In this document: positions 40,557 to 51,344 of the stretch, one piece after another
Layout of the letters: each line of letters opens with the position of its first letter
Position numbering within the stretch: position 1 is the first letter of the stretch
Source of the DNA: Promethearchaeota archaeon
GTDB taxonomy: Archaea > Asgardarchaeota > Lokiarchaeia > Sigyniarchaeales > SOKP01
Direction: 5' to 3'
Length of the DNA stretch: 64,000 nucleotides
NCBI GenBank assembly: GCA_048940645.1
Contig: JBHLOI010000007.1
Location: forward strand, 47,077 to 111,076
The notes under the pieces: generated by a model
Databases searched by the model: none
Told to the model about the DNA's origin: nothing
The model's input: only the letters and a program-made list of their open reading frames with translations
Translations under genes and position numbers: made by a program

Positions 40557-42710
40557 ATGCAAACTCAAAAACTGGAGTATTTTAACGGCCCTTTCTTAAA
40601 AATGAATAAGGTATTTTATCGACACTATCAAGAAAACATTGTTAAGAGATGTAATAATAAAAATACTCTGGTTGTTTTGCCAACTGGTTTAGGAAAGACA
40701 ATTATTGGCATTTTACTTATCGCAAAATCATTAGAAAGGTATCCAAAATCAAAAATCATAATTTTAGCACCAACTAGACCATTAGTTTCACAACATAAAT
40801 CATCATGCCAAAAATTCCTTGATATTGAGATTGAAAACATTACTGCATTTACAGGAAAAATTCAGCCGGAAAAAAGAATACTTCTCTTTAATAATTCAAA
40901 AGTGATAATTTCTACTCCTCAAGTGATTAAAAATGATATTGAAAGAGGTAGATATAATTTAAACCATATTTCTTTATTAATTTTTGATGAAGGACATCGA
41001 ACTAAAGGCAATTATGCTTATAATTTCATTTCAAATGAATATATAAATACGTGTTCAGATCCACTAATATTAGCATTAACAGCATCTCCAGGTAAAGATT
41101 ATTCATACATTCAACAATTATGCGATAACCTATTCATTGAGAATGTTGTCTTCAAATCCTATGATGATGGGGATGTACAAAAATACATCTATGATATTGA
41201 TACTTTTTTAGAGTTTGTAAATGTTCCAATTAAGGTTTTGGAAATCAGTGCTATCTGGTATAACTTATTTGAGAGACATTTAAGACTATTTATTGATTGG
41301 AAATTAATTCCCCCCAATAAAAAGTATTATTCAAAAGTAGAGTTTCTAGGAATAGCTCGGGATTTAACTTTATCATTAAGATATGAAAATGGTTATGAGC
41401 CAGATTTATCAGAGGATGATTATATCAATTTATTATATCATCAAGCCCCAAAAGTTATTGATATAATTAGAGAAGAAGAACTTAATATTCAAACCATTTA
41501 TTCTTATTGTTCTAGTTGTATTAGTCTTCTTCATGGTAAAGATTTGCTAGAAACCCAAAATTACTCATTATTTAAATCTTTCTTAGAAAGAATAAAATCA
41601 AAATCAGAAAAGGGTATATTATCAGCTAAAAGAATTATTCACTCAGAACACTATAAATTCATAGAAAGTTTGCTAGGAAATATAAAAGATGAACAGTTAT
41701 CCCATCCTAAAATAGAAAAAGTGCTCTCAATAATTCAAGAGGAATCTCAAGAATACAACAATCATAAAATCTTGATTTTCACCCAATTTCGCGAAATGGC
41801 AGAACATCTAAAAAATAAAATTACAAATCAATTTAAAGCAAATTTAAAAGTAGAGAAATTTATTGGTCAAGCATCTAAATTTAATGATTTTGGATTTTCT
41901 CAAAACAGGCAATTAGATATTCTTGACAAATTTAGATCGGGAGAAGTCAATATATTAATCGCAACTAGTGTGGCAGAAGAAGGTCTTGATATTCCAAATG
42001 TAGATGCAATAATTTTCTATGAACCCGTTCCGTCTGAAATTCGTTTAATTCAAAGAAGAGGGAGAACTGGAAGAAATTCTTCAGGTAGATGTTACATTCT
42101 CCTTACTGAAGGAACAGTTGATGTGCCTTTTCATAAAGTTGCCACTCGAAAGGAAAAGACTATGAATTATATTCTTTCAAAACCCACAACTTTAGAATTA
42201 TCCAAAAATCTTGAAAGGCATAAAATTGATTTTCAAAAAAGTAAAATTTATGGTCATAGCTTAGACTTTATTAAACAACTTAAAGAACGTAAAGAAAAAG
42301 AAAAAGAAGTTCTTGCTGATCATTCGCTTGAAGATATAATTACAGAAATTGATAATTTTGCTAACAGTAGTGAATATCAAGAATTAAAAGAATATGGAAT
42401 AATAAATTTCAATGATATAATTAAGTTAGATAAAGGTAAATTAAAAAAGTCTCTACTAAAAATAAAATTGAACAAAAGTAATCAATCTAAGAAAAGGATT
42501 CCTCATATAAATAAGAAAATAAGAACTCTCATAAATATAATAAAAATTTATGGGCAAAATGGAATACTTAACTTTTCAACATTTCAGGATCTTGCCCGTG
42601 AAGAAGATATCTATGACGATAAATTTTATATCCATTTTAATCAAGCATGCTATTTAGGTTATATTAGTAAACAAGCTGAAAAGGTCCAATTAATTTCGGA
42701 TTGTGAATAA
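40557..42710 (+). CDS. hef: Hef/FANCM-type SF2 helicase (no ERCC4 nuclease domain seen)
   Basis: LPTGLGKT, APTRPLV.QH, DEGHR, TASPG, TSVAEEGLDIP, QRRGRTGR. Confidence 0.9.
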   Translation: MQTQKLEYFNGPFLKMNKVFYRHYQENIVKRCNNKNTLVVLPTGLGKTIIGILLIAKSLERYPKSKIIILAPTRPLVSQHKSSCQKFLDIEIENITAFTGKIQPEKRILLFNNSKVIISTPQVIKNDIERGRYNLNHISLLIFDEGHRTKGNYAYNFISNEYINTCSDPLILALTASPGKDYSYIQQLCDNLFIENVVFKSYDDGDVQKYIYDIDTFLEFVNVPIKVLEISAIWYNLFERHLRLFIDWKLIPPNKKYYSKVEFLGIARDLTLSLRYENGYEPDLSEDDYINLLYHQAPKVIDIIREEELNIQTIYSYCSSCISLLHGKDLLETQNYSLFKSFLERIKSKSEKGILSAKRIIHSEHYKFIESLLGNIKDEQLSHPKIEKVLSIIQEESQEYNNHKILIFTQFREMAEHLKNKITNQFKANLKVEKFIGQASKFNDFGFSQNRQLDILDKFRSGEVNILIATSVAEEGLDIPNVDAIIFYEPVPSEIRLIQRRGRTGRNSSGRCYILLTEGTVDVPFHKVATRKEKTMNYILSKPTTLELSKNLERHKIDFQKSKIYGHSLDFIKQLKERKEKEKEVLADHSLEDIITEIDNFANSSEYQELKEYGIINFNDIIKLDKGKLKKSLLKIKLNKSNQSKKRIPHINKKIRTLINIIKIYGQNGILNFSTFQDLAREEDIYDDKFYIHFNQACYLGYISKQAEKVQLISDCE

Positions 42711-42725
42711 GATATAATTTGAAAA

Positions 42726-45700
42726 TCAGATTTTGTCTTGCTTCTTTCGCTTAATTAATAGATATAAAGCAAGTATTATTATTAAAACGAATAATAGTAT
42801 AAATATAGCTGGTCCAGTAAAATTGAATAATGAGAGCGTAATAGATAATATTGCTGCTAGGAATGCAAATATACTATAATTTTGGCTTGCAAAACTCCTT
42901 AGGCGCCTCCAGAACATATAAAATCTAAAATTCATCTTCTTCATAACCTCTAGTTCAGATTCATCTACTTTATTTAATAAATCTGGATTTTCATAATACA
43001 ATCCAATACGAGGATCGTATTTTCCTTTTAATTTCCCTGAACTAATTAAAGAAATTAAATGTTCTTGAATTTTTTGTTTCTTTATATTTAATTCGTTCTG
43101 TAAAAAGCTTATTGTCAAATATTGGTCTGCCACAGCTTTAATCGCCATTGAAACATATGATTTGATTATCATCTCATCAAGAGATTTAACTTTCTCATAC
43201 ATTAAATCACGAAAACCTTTAATAAATAACTCAAAATCATCTAGTAAATACTTATTCTTGGTTTCGAAATTATTTGACTTTCTTTCATATTCTCTAACTA
43301 AGTTTTTTATGTTTTTTGAAACCTCTCTAATTTCTGCCTGGATTTTCTTTTCTCTTTTTTGTACTTTTGCATGAGCTCTTTTAAACTCTTTATATTCTAT
43401 GTAGTCTTCAACTCTTGTCTGAAATGTTCCTAATAATTGACTTAAACGTATTTTTATTTTATTTATTTTGTCTAACAATTCATTTCGGTAGGTATCATCC
43501 TTTAATATACTAATATCTTCAGTAATTTTATCCAATTTAGCCTTGTAAAAAGCTCCAAATTCATTCTTTCTTGAGACATAAAATTCCCTTATTTCAGTTT
43601 CTAGCCGCTTGAAACTAGAATTTTTAGTTAGTGACCCTTTTAGTTTTTCATTAATCTTTTCCTCAATCCTTTTTACCTTAACATCAAATTTTGTTTTCTT
43701 AGATTCAAAATGTTCAATAGCTTTTACATAAGAACCAAAATTTTCAATATTTTCAAAAACTTTGATAAGATTATTTACAAAATCTAATGTTAATACATTA
43801 TATTCTTCTGAAATAAAAATCTGAAACTCATTAAAGAAATTTAAATTGGCTTTTATTTTTTGAATTGCCATCTTTCCATTTGTTAATATATTTTCTAATT
43901 CTTTTTTAGTGTTAAGATTTTCTTCTCTCTCTTCAGTAATTTTAAGTTGGTTAACTTTATCTTCATATTGAATTCTAATTTTTTTCTCTAAATCTGAATA
44001 TTCTGTGATTCTATTCTGTAGTTCTAGTATATTGACTGCTAATTTTTTATTCCTAACTCCGGAATCATATAGTGCTAAAATCTTTCCAATTTTTTCTTGA
44101 TGAAATTTTAAAAGTTTAGTATCAATATAGGTGTTTAATTCCTTGTTTTTGTAATAAGCATCATTATGAACAACCATTAATTTCTTTTCTTCATTTAAAT
44201 CACCCTCGATTTTAGAAAATTCTATCATTTCTTTAATGAGAGGTATTACTGCTTTACATTTTAAATTTAATTTATTTGCAAGCTCTCTTATATCTACTTT
44301 ATTTGTTTTTTTTTCTTTGGTCCATATCTCTATTTCACTAATGATAATTTGATTAACATAATTATCTTTTGAATTATTAATCTCAGTTGTAAGATAGTCA
44401 TGAAATTTTTCCCATTGGATGATTGAAATAGAATTTTTATCAAAACTTTGTATTAATGTTTTTAAATCATTTAATTTTTTTAAAAAGATTTTATTCTTAT
44501 CATCTAATTCTATGATTATTCTGTCAAAACCATCGATTACATCCTTGATTTTTATGCTTTTTGCTTCACCTAGTTTAGTTTTGTAAAATTTTAATCTAAT
44601 CTTGAATCTTTGAATTTGTTCGGATATAAAATTATCAAAATCTTCAATTTTAGCTCTATTTCTCTCTTCCAATACATCATCCTTCAGCGATTGAACTTGT
44701 TCTGCTACCAAGTTTATAATTGATTCTTCTATTACATCCAAATTTTCTTTTAAATATTGAAATAGAAGGAACAGTTTTTGATTAGTTTTTGTTTGATCTG
44801 AGACGATTATTCTAAGCTCCTTTATTTCCTTTATTTTTTGACTTAATAAACTTTCAGAATCCTTTTTAATAATCTCAAAAGCTTCTTTGAATTGATTTTG
44901 AGAAATTTTTTCATCCGCTTTTTGCTTTATATAAGATATTTCTTTTTTAATTTCATCATCAATCCCATCAATTTTTTCGCTTGTTTGTTCGAAAAATTTA
45001 AATCCTTCAGCATAATAACTAAAAATTGACCCGAATTCTTCTTTTAAGTTAACCCAATTATCAATAATCTCCTTATGTTTTTTAAAAACTTTCTCTTCTT
45101 TTATCGTAATTTGTTGTGATATTTTATAAATCGTATGATCATACTTATCCACATAATTTGAGATTTTATTAAATTCCCCAATTATTAAATTGTAATTCTC
45201 GTTATTAAATCCAGATTCAAGCTTCTCTCTAAAATATTTTCTAAATGAATCTAATTCTTTTTTAATAAATTCCCCAACTTCAAAAATTCTATTTTCTAAT
45301 TCATCTAAAATAGTATTAAATTTTTTTAATTCTTCTTTTTCGGAAATTTTTTCTTTTAAATATTTCTCAACTTCATTTAGCTTCTTCTGCATTATAGAGT
45401 ATGCTATTTTCCATTGATTAATTTCAGTTGCTAATACTGCTTGAATATTGATATATATCATATCTTGACTAAATGAATTTTCAATATTTTCATTTAGAAA
45501 ATCAGCTTCCAATAATGCATTTTTCAAGATAAATCTCAATCGTTCTTTTGCATAGTCTATTTCGTCTAGAAGTAAATAGGATTCAATTTCTTCTTTAATT
45601 TGCGTTGATGTATTTTTTAAAATTAAAGTCATATTATAGATATCGTTCTTAATATCGCCCAATTTTTCTTTTTCTTCAAATAATTTCTCTGTATTTATTT

Positions 45701-47132
45701 TCTTGTCCGAAGTTATAACATTATCCAGAAGAAAATCCAAATAAAAGTAATATTTTGATTTTCCTAGAAATTTTGATTTAGTTCGAATATTTCCCTTGAA
45801 AAAATTCCTTTCCATCATATCATAAATTAGAGGAAAAACATCCTCTCTCATTTTCAACGATTCAAAATGATAAGACGACTTATAATTCTTTAGAATGTCA
45901 GAAAGACATATTATGCTATTTTCATTTAACTGATTACTTATTTCATTCGCAATAACTTTTAATCCATTATTGAGGGTTCTCAGAAATTTACTAAATTCTA
46001 ATGTATTATTTATGATTTTTAGCTTGAAATTATAACTTAAATTGATATACAGGATGATCTCTTCAATCCCATGTGTTAGTCCAAAGGCAGTTTTTATGTG
46101 TTTAATATCCACGAATCCATTTTTTTCTATTTGTTTAAAAATCAGCCTTTCTATCTCTCCAATAAACTTTTTCCATATAAAAGATAAAAGTATTGTGATC
46201 TTGGATAAATTAAAGAATATGAGTGAACCTTGATCATTACCATTTTTGAAAAGTTTTTGAATATTTTCGTTGATAAAAGAATAGATTCTAGCAGGATTGT
46301 AATCCATTAGCCATGGAAAATGATTAAAAGTATAAATTATCCAAAAAGTATCATCTATATTTCCTTCTCCGTTAGAGAAGTTAAATCCTCCATCATATTT
46401 TTGAAATTGATGGAAATATTGAAGTTCTTTATCTTTTACTTCTAAATCCAAATTTAAATATTTAAGAGATAAATATTTGAAAAGCATAGAAGGAATTTTT
46501 TTTCTACTATTTAAATATGCACGGAATTGCTCTTTAAATAATCTAACATCTGAGCCTATAAGTGTGAGAATTTCGAGAACGTAATAAAACGTTTTTGAGG
46601 AAAATGGTTTTTTATGAATTTCACATTGTTTATCAAGACAATGGAGAAAAATTTCGCCTTTTTTATGTTCATATATAAAATTTTTGACTTTTCTTACAAG
46701 ATCATTACTTCCTTTTGAGAGGAGATATTCTTCTAGCAATCCTAATATATATAAGCTAGATAGGGCATAATATAAAGACCAAATATCAGGTACAGCTTTA
46801 GATTGAGGATTTAATTTAAAACCTATTTGATCCTTCTCTAAAATATCCACTTCACAGGATTTAATGAAATCATAAAAAACATGCTTTTGAGGTGTGAGAT
46901 CCTCCTTTAGATACTTCCCTAATAAGAGGAACCAATATAAATACTCTAGGTCTAAACTAGGCTCTTTAACTAGGGTTTTAACTTTTGATTGATAAAGATT
47001 TATGATTTTATCATAATAACTCAGATGGAAACTCCCAATTTTTTTCCTATCTACTAGTACAAAAGACTCAAAAGGTTCTCTTTTAAATTCTGTAATGTAT
47101 GGATACGCAGTTTTCTTTTCTACTTTTGACAA
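42726..47132 (-). CDS. Giant membrane-anchored protein: prenyltransferase-like alpha/alpha barrel + long coiled coil + PCI-like winged helices + 2 C-terminal TM
   Basis: PDIWSLYYALSSL, QKYDGGF..NIDDTFW; heptad-rich middle; VDIRELANKLNL..EMIEFSKIEG and ISFLQNELNI..LISLISSGKLKGKYD; hydrophobic hairpin at the end. Confidence 0.75.
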   Translation of the reverse strand: MSKVEKKTAYPYITEFKREPFESFVLVDRKKIGSFHLSYYDKIINLYQSKVKTLVKEPSLDLEYLYWFLLLGKYLKEDLTPQKHVFYDFIKSCEVDILEKDQIGFKLNPQSKAVPDIWSLYYALSSLYILGLLEEYLLSKGSNDLVRKVKNFIYEHKKGEIFLHCLDKQCEIHKKPFSSKTFYYVLEILTLIGSDVRLFKEQFRAYLNSRKKIPSMLFKYLSLKYLNLDLEVKDKELQYFHQFQKYDGGFNFSNGEGNIDDTFWIIYTFNHFPWLMDYNPARIYSFINENIQKLFKNGNDQGSLIFFNLSKITILLSFIWKKFIGEIERLIFKQIEKNGFVDIKHIKTAFGLTHGIEEIILYINLSYNFKLKIINNTLEFSKFLRTLNNGLKVIANEISNQLNENSIICLSDILKNYKSSYHFESLKMREDVFPLIYDMMERNFFKGNIRTKSKFLGKSKYYFYLDFLLDNVITSDKKINTEKLFEEKEKLGDIKNDIYNMTLILKNTSTQIKEEIESYLLLDEIDYAKERLRFILKNALLEADFLNENIENSFSQDMIYINIQAVLATEINQWKIAYSIMQKKLNEVEKYLKEKISEKEELKKFNTILDELENRIFEVGEFIKKELDSFRKYFREKLESGFNNENYNLIIGEFNKISNYVDKYDHTIYKISQQITIKEEKVFKKHKEIIDNWVNLKEEFGSIFSYYAEGFKFFEQTSEKIDGIDDEIKKEISYIKQKADEKISQNQFKEAFEIIKKDSESLLSQKIKEIKELRIIVSDQTKTNQKLFLLFQYLKENLDVIEESIINLVAEQVQSLKDDVLEERNRAKIEDFDNFISEQIQRFKIRLKFYKTKLGEAKSIKIKDVIDGFDRIIIELDDKNKIFLKKLNDLKTLIQSFDKNSISIIQWEKFHDYLTTEINNSKDNYVNQIIISEIEIWTKEKKTNKVDIRELANKLNLKCKAVIPLIKEMIEFSKIEGDLNEEKKLMVVHNDAYYKNKELNTYIDTKLLKFHQEKIGKILALYDSGVRNKKLAVNILELQNRITEYSDLEKKIRIQYEDKVNQLKITEEREENLNTKKELENILTNGKMAIQKIKANLNFFNEFQIFISEEYNVLTLDFVNNLIKVFENIENFGSYVKAIEHFESKKTKFDVKVKRIEEKINEKLKGSLTKNSSFKRLETEIREFYVSRKNEFGAFYKAKLDKITEDISILKDDTYRNELLDKINKIKIRLSQLLGTFQTRVEDYIEYKEFKRAHAKVQKREKKIQAEIREVSKNIKNLVREYERKSNNFETKNKYLLDDFELFIKGFRDLMYEKVKSLDEMIIKSYVSMAIKAVADQYLTISFLQNELNIKKQKIQEHLISLISSGKLKGKYDPRIGLYYENPDLLNKVDESELEVMKKMNFRFYMFWRRLRSFASQNYSIFAFLAAILSITLSLFNFTGPAIFILLFVLIIILALYLLIKRKKQDKI

Positions 47133-47274
47133 ATAAAAATCCCCATAAATCTTTTTAATTATAATGATAATTTTTACATTTATTTTTTGTCATTGATAGG
47201 ACTGCGTTTTAGCAAAAAATGATTAATAAATAGAGTAAAAGATTAAAAAAAATGAAAATTAAATTTAAATGTCT

Positions 47275-48786
47275 CTATAATGGAGGATCGCTATCAAAGC
47301 TTAATGTTTTATTAATACCCATATTATCCTTCCATAATGGATTCTGGATCAAAAATAATGGCATTCCACGAGCTGCTGGAGGCCAATGAAAAGCATGATT
47401 GAAAGCAGCTTCAATAGTTGCAGAGTCATTTAGAGCATCCCAAAACATATGAAAGAACCAAGAGCCTGCAAATCCATCAGGGTTCATATTATTTATATAA
47501 TACCAAGCAAGTAAATTCGAAGAAGCGCTAACCATGATGCAATTTTCTATATCATACCAGCTCTGACCAATATTAGCATCTGCATTTAAAAAATTACCAC
47601 TAAAGCAACAATCTACGTTTATCATCATTCTTTGACATTCTATCACTTTCACTAAATCATAAAATTCAAATTCAGTTATCCAACTATTATCTGCTTCGAA
47701 GTGAAATGTAGCATTTCCATCAGGGAGTACTTTATTAGAACCATGATCAACCATGTAAACTATCAAATAATCTTCTGGACGTATTCCTGAAGCAAAAGAA
47801 CCTGTGTAGGAAACATTTAATTCTTGCTTAAATCTACTTGCTGTAACACTATCATTCGCTACATCTATTAACACGGGGATTCCATCATGAATTAAATCAT
47901 TAGTATATTTATCAAATATATTGATATCAATAATTCCATCTGCATCGTTTTTATAATATAACATCAAAAAGATATTATCATCAGTATAGCCATGATTTTT
48001 CAATATCCAATATACTTGTAACGCTTGAGCAGGAAATCCATCCGAATTTATACCTGGAGGCGGAGGTGGAGTACCAGGATCAGTAGGATTATCCAAATCT
48101 ACTAAAACCCATTTATATATTTCAATGTTATCAAAATAGACAATACCCTCTAATGGGTTAATGTTAAAATAAGAACCGTTAACTGTCAAAAATAGTCTTA
48201 AATCAGTTATTTCATTATTAGTTTCATTATTACATACACCTGAAACACTTAAAGTAAACCACTGATTTAAAGTAGAATTGAAGTAATTAGACCAATCTGT
48301 TCTTACAACTTGATCCCCAGAATCTAACCACTGTAATCCAATTCTAATACCACTACCATTTATTGGCTCTGGATTAGCAATAAAAATTTCAGCAGTCATA
48401 TTGTAATAAGCATAATCGCGTAAAAAATAGTTACTCCCTTTCCAATCTAATGAAAAGTTCGCATTAATAGCCTCTGGACTTGGTGGCGTAATAAATAATG
48501 ATCCCAGCGGATTTCCAAAAACTCCAGACCACTCTCCGATGCTCCCAAAGGGACCAGAATATGTCCAATTCCCTTTACCTGTCGCAAAATTAGAATCATT
48601 TCCATCATTAAATGGTTCCTCAGGTTCTGAACCAAAAAAGTCATTAGCACTACAACAGATTAAAGCTTTCCTCTGACCTATATATACTCCTGGTCCGGGA
48701 AGTAAAAATAGCAGCAATAACGTAGTAGTTACTCCCGCAATAATAATTAAAGCTGCAATAATCGCAATTACTTTTTTCTTTTTCAT
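47275..48786 (-). CDS. Membrane-anchored C13/caspase-fold cysteine peptidase with inserted carbohydrate-binding-like domain
   Basis: N-terminal TM; RKALI; Y.ILKNHGY.DDNI; YMVDHG and VDCCFSG dyad; many N-x-S/T. Confidence 0.8.
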   Translation of the reverse strand: MKKKKVIAIIAALIIIAGVTTTLLLLFLLPGPGVYIGQRKALICCSANDFFGSEPEEPFNDGNDSNFATGKGNWTYSGPFGSIGEWSGVFGNPLGSLFITPPSPEAINANFSLDWKGSNYFLRDYAYYNMTAEIFIANPEPINGSGIRIGLQWLDSGDQVVRTDWSNYFNSTLNQWFTLSVSGVCNNETNNEITDLRLFLTVNGSYFNINPLEGIVYFDNIEIYKWVLVDLDNPTDPGTPPPPPGINSDGFPAQALQVYWILKNHGYTDDNIFLMLYYKNDADGIIDINIFDKYTNDLIHDGIPVLIDVANDSVTASRFKQELNVSYTGSFASGIRPEDYLIVYMVDHGSNKVLPDGNATFHFEADNSWITEFEFYDLVKVIECQRMMINVDCCFSGNFLNADANIGQSWYDIENCIMVSASSNLLAWYYINNMNPDGFAGSWFFHMFWDALNDSATIEAAFNHAFHWPPAARGMPLFLIQNPLWKDNMGINKTLSFDSDPPL

Positions 48787-48969
48787 AAATCTTCACAAAA
48801 TTGAATTCCTATTTTAATACTATTTTACAATTATTATTTAAATTATACCTTAACAGAAATCTAGAAAATCTATCAATTTAAATATTGGCTAAATTTCTCA
48901 ATATTGTAATTGAAAAATTTGATTTTTCCTTAGAAATTTAATATTTGAATAGAATGAAAAATTCAAAAA

Positions 48970-49776
48970 ATGGATATTGAAAAAGCTATAAAATTTGTAC
49001 GATCTAGAGGTAATTTAATTGAAAAAGCACGTTTAAATGCTATTCTTTGGGATAAACCAGCCCAAAAAGAAGTCCTTAGAAAATTATCGACCTTTCAGAA
49101 ATCTGATGGCGGTTTTTGCTGTTGGATTAAAGAAATTAGTAATCTTTATGATACTATTCATGTTTTATTTTGGTTTGATGATTTAAAGTTATATCGCGGA
49201 CCAATTGTAGAACCTGCATGCAGATTTTTATTAGATAGGCAACAAAAAGATGGTGGTTGGGATGAGGTTGACGAAGTCCAAAAATTCAATCCACCTGAAT
49301 GGATGATACCTGGACGAATCGAAACTCGAGTCTGGTTAACAGCTTATTGTGCTCATGTACTAATTCGTTTTGGTTATGCAGAAGCTGAGGGGACTTTTTG
49401 TCCTACAAACTATTTAATAGCTAATTGTAATGAAAGAGGAAGATTAACTGGATATTTGAGAGCCACATGGATTTCTCTCCCGATGTTAGCTTTTTATCCT
49501 GGACCTGAACCAGAGTCATTCCAAAAAGCTATTTCTGTTATCGAATCCAATTATTCTCCTGATTGGGAAGGCTCATACTTAGCATGGCTGTTACGATGTC
49601 TAAAAGATGCCGGTTTATCACGTGATCATGCTTTAGTTGAACATTGCCTAGCTGATTTAAGACAGAAACAGAGAAAAGATGGAAGTTGGCTGCCTGAGAG
49701 GAGTAGAGGAAAGGAACATTCTGTTAATGCTACAATTGGAGCTTTACGTGCGTTTAAAAGATATAACCTTATTTAA
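48970..49776 (+). CDS. Prenyltransferase/squalene-cyclase repeat (QW motif) protein
   Basis: QKSDGGF, QQKDGGW, QRKDGSW. Confidence 0.85.
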   Translation: MDIEKAIKFVRSRGNLIEKARLNAILWDKPAQKEVLRKLSTFQKSDGGFCCWIKEISNLYDTIHVLFWFDDLKLYRGPIVEPACRFLLDRQQKDGGWDEVDEVQKFNPPEWMIPGRIETRVWLTAYCAHVLIRFGYAEAEGTFCPTNYLIANCNERGRLTGYLRATWISLPMLAFYPGPEPESFQKAISVIESNYSPDWEGSYLAWLLRCLKDAGLSRDHALVEHCLADLRQKQRKDGSWLPERSRGKEHSVNATIGALRAFKRYNLI

Positions 49777-49821
49777 AGTGTTATAATTAACACGGAGGTT
49801 CCAATAAATAATAAATGGTAT

Positions 49822-51255
49822 TTATAATAAAAAATCTCGAATTTGTTCAGCAATTATTTTTCCTTGTGCTACTGCGTCAACAACACTTTTTGATCCAGTA
49901 ACACAATCACCCCCTGCAAGTACTTTAGGAACAGAAGTGAAGAATTTGTCATCTACTTCAAAAGTATTCCATTTAGTAATTTTAAATTCGGTTTTATCAA
50001 ATCCGATTAAGTCAGGTTCTTGACCAATTGCTTCAATGATGTAATCCCCTTCTACTCTAAATTCGGACTCTTTAATTGGGATTGGTTTAGGCCTTCCACT
50101 TGAATCCAATTCCCCTAGCTTTACTTTTTGACAAACAGTAATTTGAAAATCATTTTCAGAGCATACAAATTCAACAGGATTTGTTAAATACTTAATCGAG
50201 ATGCCTTCACTTTCCGTATCATTAATTTCAACTCTCCCTGCAGGCATCTGATCCTTCTCTCTTCGATACAAAATAGAAACATTTGCTCCCAGTCGTTTTG
50301 CAACTCTTGCAGCGTCTGTTGCAGTACTTCCACCTCCTATTACAACAACTTCTTTCTTTTTTAGATTGGGAATTTTTTTCTTCAAATTAAATTTTTTTAA
50401 GAAATCGATGGCTTGTAAAATAATCTTTGATTCTTCTCCTGGAAGATTTGTCCACTTTCCCTTATGAGTTCCAATTCCTACGATAACCGCATCAAATTCA
50501 GATTCAAACAATTTTTTAATAGTAAAATTTTCATTTATACCTCTATTAGTTATGAATTCAATCCCTAACTTTTTTATATTCTCAATTTCATTATTTAAGA
50601 TTTCCTTTGGTAGCCGGAACTCAGGAATTTCTGTTGCCATCATTCCTCCTAAAACATTTAGCTTTTCAAAAATTGTAACATTAAATCCATCCTTCTGTAA
50701 AAAATATGCTGCAGTTAAACCAAGAGGTCCAGAACCTATTATTGCTACACTTTTTCCTGTATTAGTTTCACATTTAAAATATTCTTCAAGTGGTCTATAA
50801 TGATCAACTAAGAAACGTTTTATAATTGGAATTTGAATCGGATCTCCTTTCTTTCCAGCAGTACAATAAAGTTGACAATAGCCTGGGCAAACTCTTTCAA
50901 CAGATCTAGGAAATGGATAATGTGTGTAAATAATCCTCAACGCTTCCTCAATATTACCCACTAAAACATTTTTAATTATATCTCTAGAATTACAGTGAGT
51001 TGGACAATACTTCATACAAGGTGGGGGTTTCACCTTTGGGTCATTATTCTTGAAACATTGATAACATCGTTCACATTCTTTAAGTACCTCTTCGAATTCA
51101 ATATAACCGAGATTAACTTCACTAGAAGAACTGAGTCTTTCTTCAATAGGTAAATAATGACATTTAATAGCTTTCTTGCTTCGAATTTTTCCTTTTTCTT
51201 CGTTCAAGTTATTTCCCATTCCTATTAAGATAATTCGAACCATCGATTGAACCAA
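49822..51255 (-). CDS. GltD/SudA/NfnB-like Fe-S flavoprotein oxidoreductase
   Basis: RCYQC..PPC...CP, RVCP..CQ..C, IGSGP.G, IP.FRLP, GGGSTA.D.AR, GGD..G. Confidence 0.92.
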   Translation of the reverse strand: MVQSMVRIILIGMGNNLNEEKGKIRSKKAIKCHYLPIEERLSSSSEVNLGYIEFEEVLKECERCYQCFKNNDPKVKPPPCMKYCPTHCNSRDIIKNVLVGNIEEALRIIYTHYPFPRSVERVCPGYCQLYCTAGKKGDPIQIPIIKRFLVDHYRPLEEYFKCETNTGKSVAIIGSGPLGLTAAYFLQKDGFNVTIFEKLNVLGGMMATEIPEFRLPKEILNNEIENIKKLGIEFITNRGINENFTIKKLFESEFDAVIVGIGTHKGKWTNLPGEESKIILQAIDFLKKFNLKKKIPNLKKKEVVVIGGGSTATDAARVAKRLGANVSILYRREKDQMPAGRVEINDTESEGISIKYLTNPVEFVCSENDFQITVCQKVKLGELDSSGRPKPIPIKESEFRVEGDYIIEAIGQEPDLIGFDKTEFKITKWNTFEVDDKFFTSVPKVLAGGDCVTGSKSVVDAVAQGKIIAEQIRDFLL

Positions 51256-51344
51256 TAAAATTTAGGCTCTATATATGATTCATAAATCTAAATTTAAATA
51301 AATTAGTCTTAAGTTTTAAAAGAGAAATAATAAAAATTCTTCCA

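Noticed and set aside
42726-47132. SMC/Rad50 ATPase
   Set aside because: Long coiled coil, but no Walker A/B or signature motif, and it has a C-terminal TM anchor.
49822-51255. Glutamate synthase or NfnAB complex
   Set aside because: No gltB or nfnA/sudB partner is adjacent, so only a family-level call is supported.
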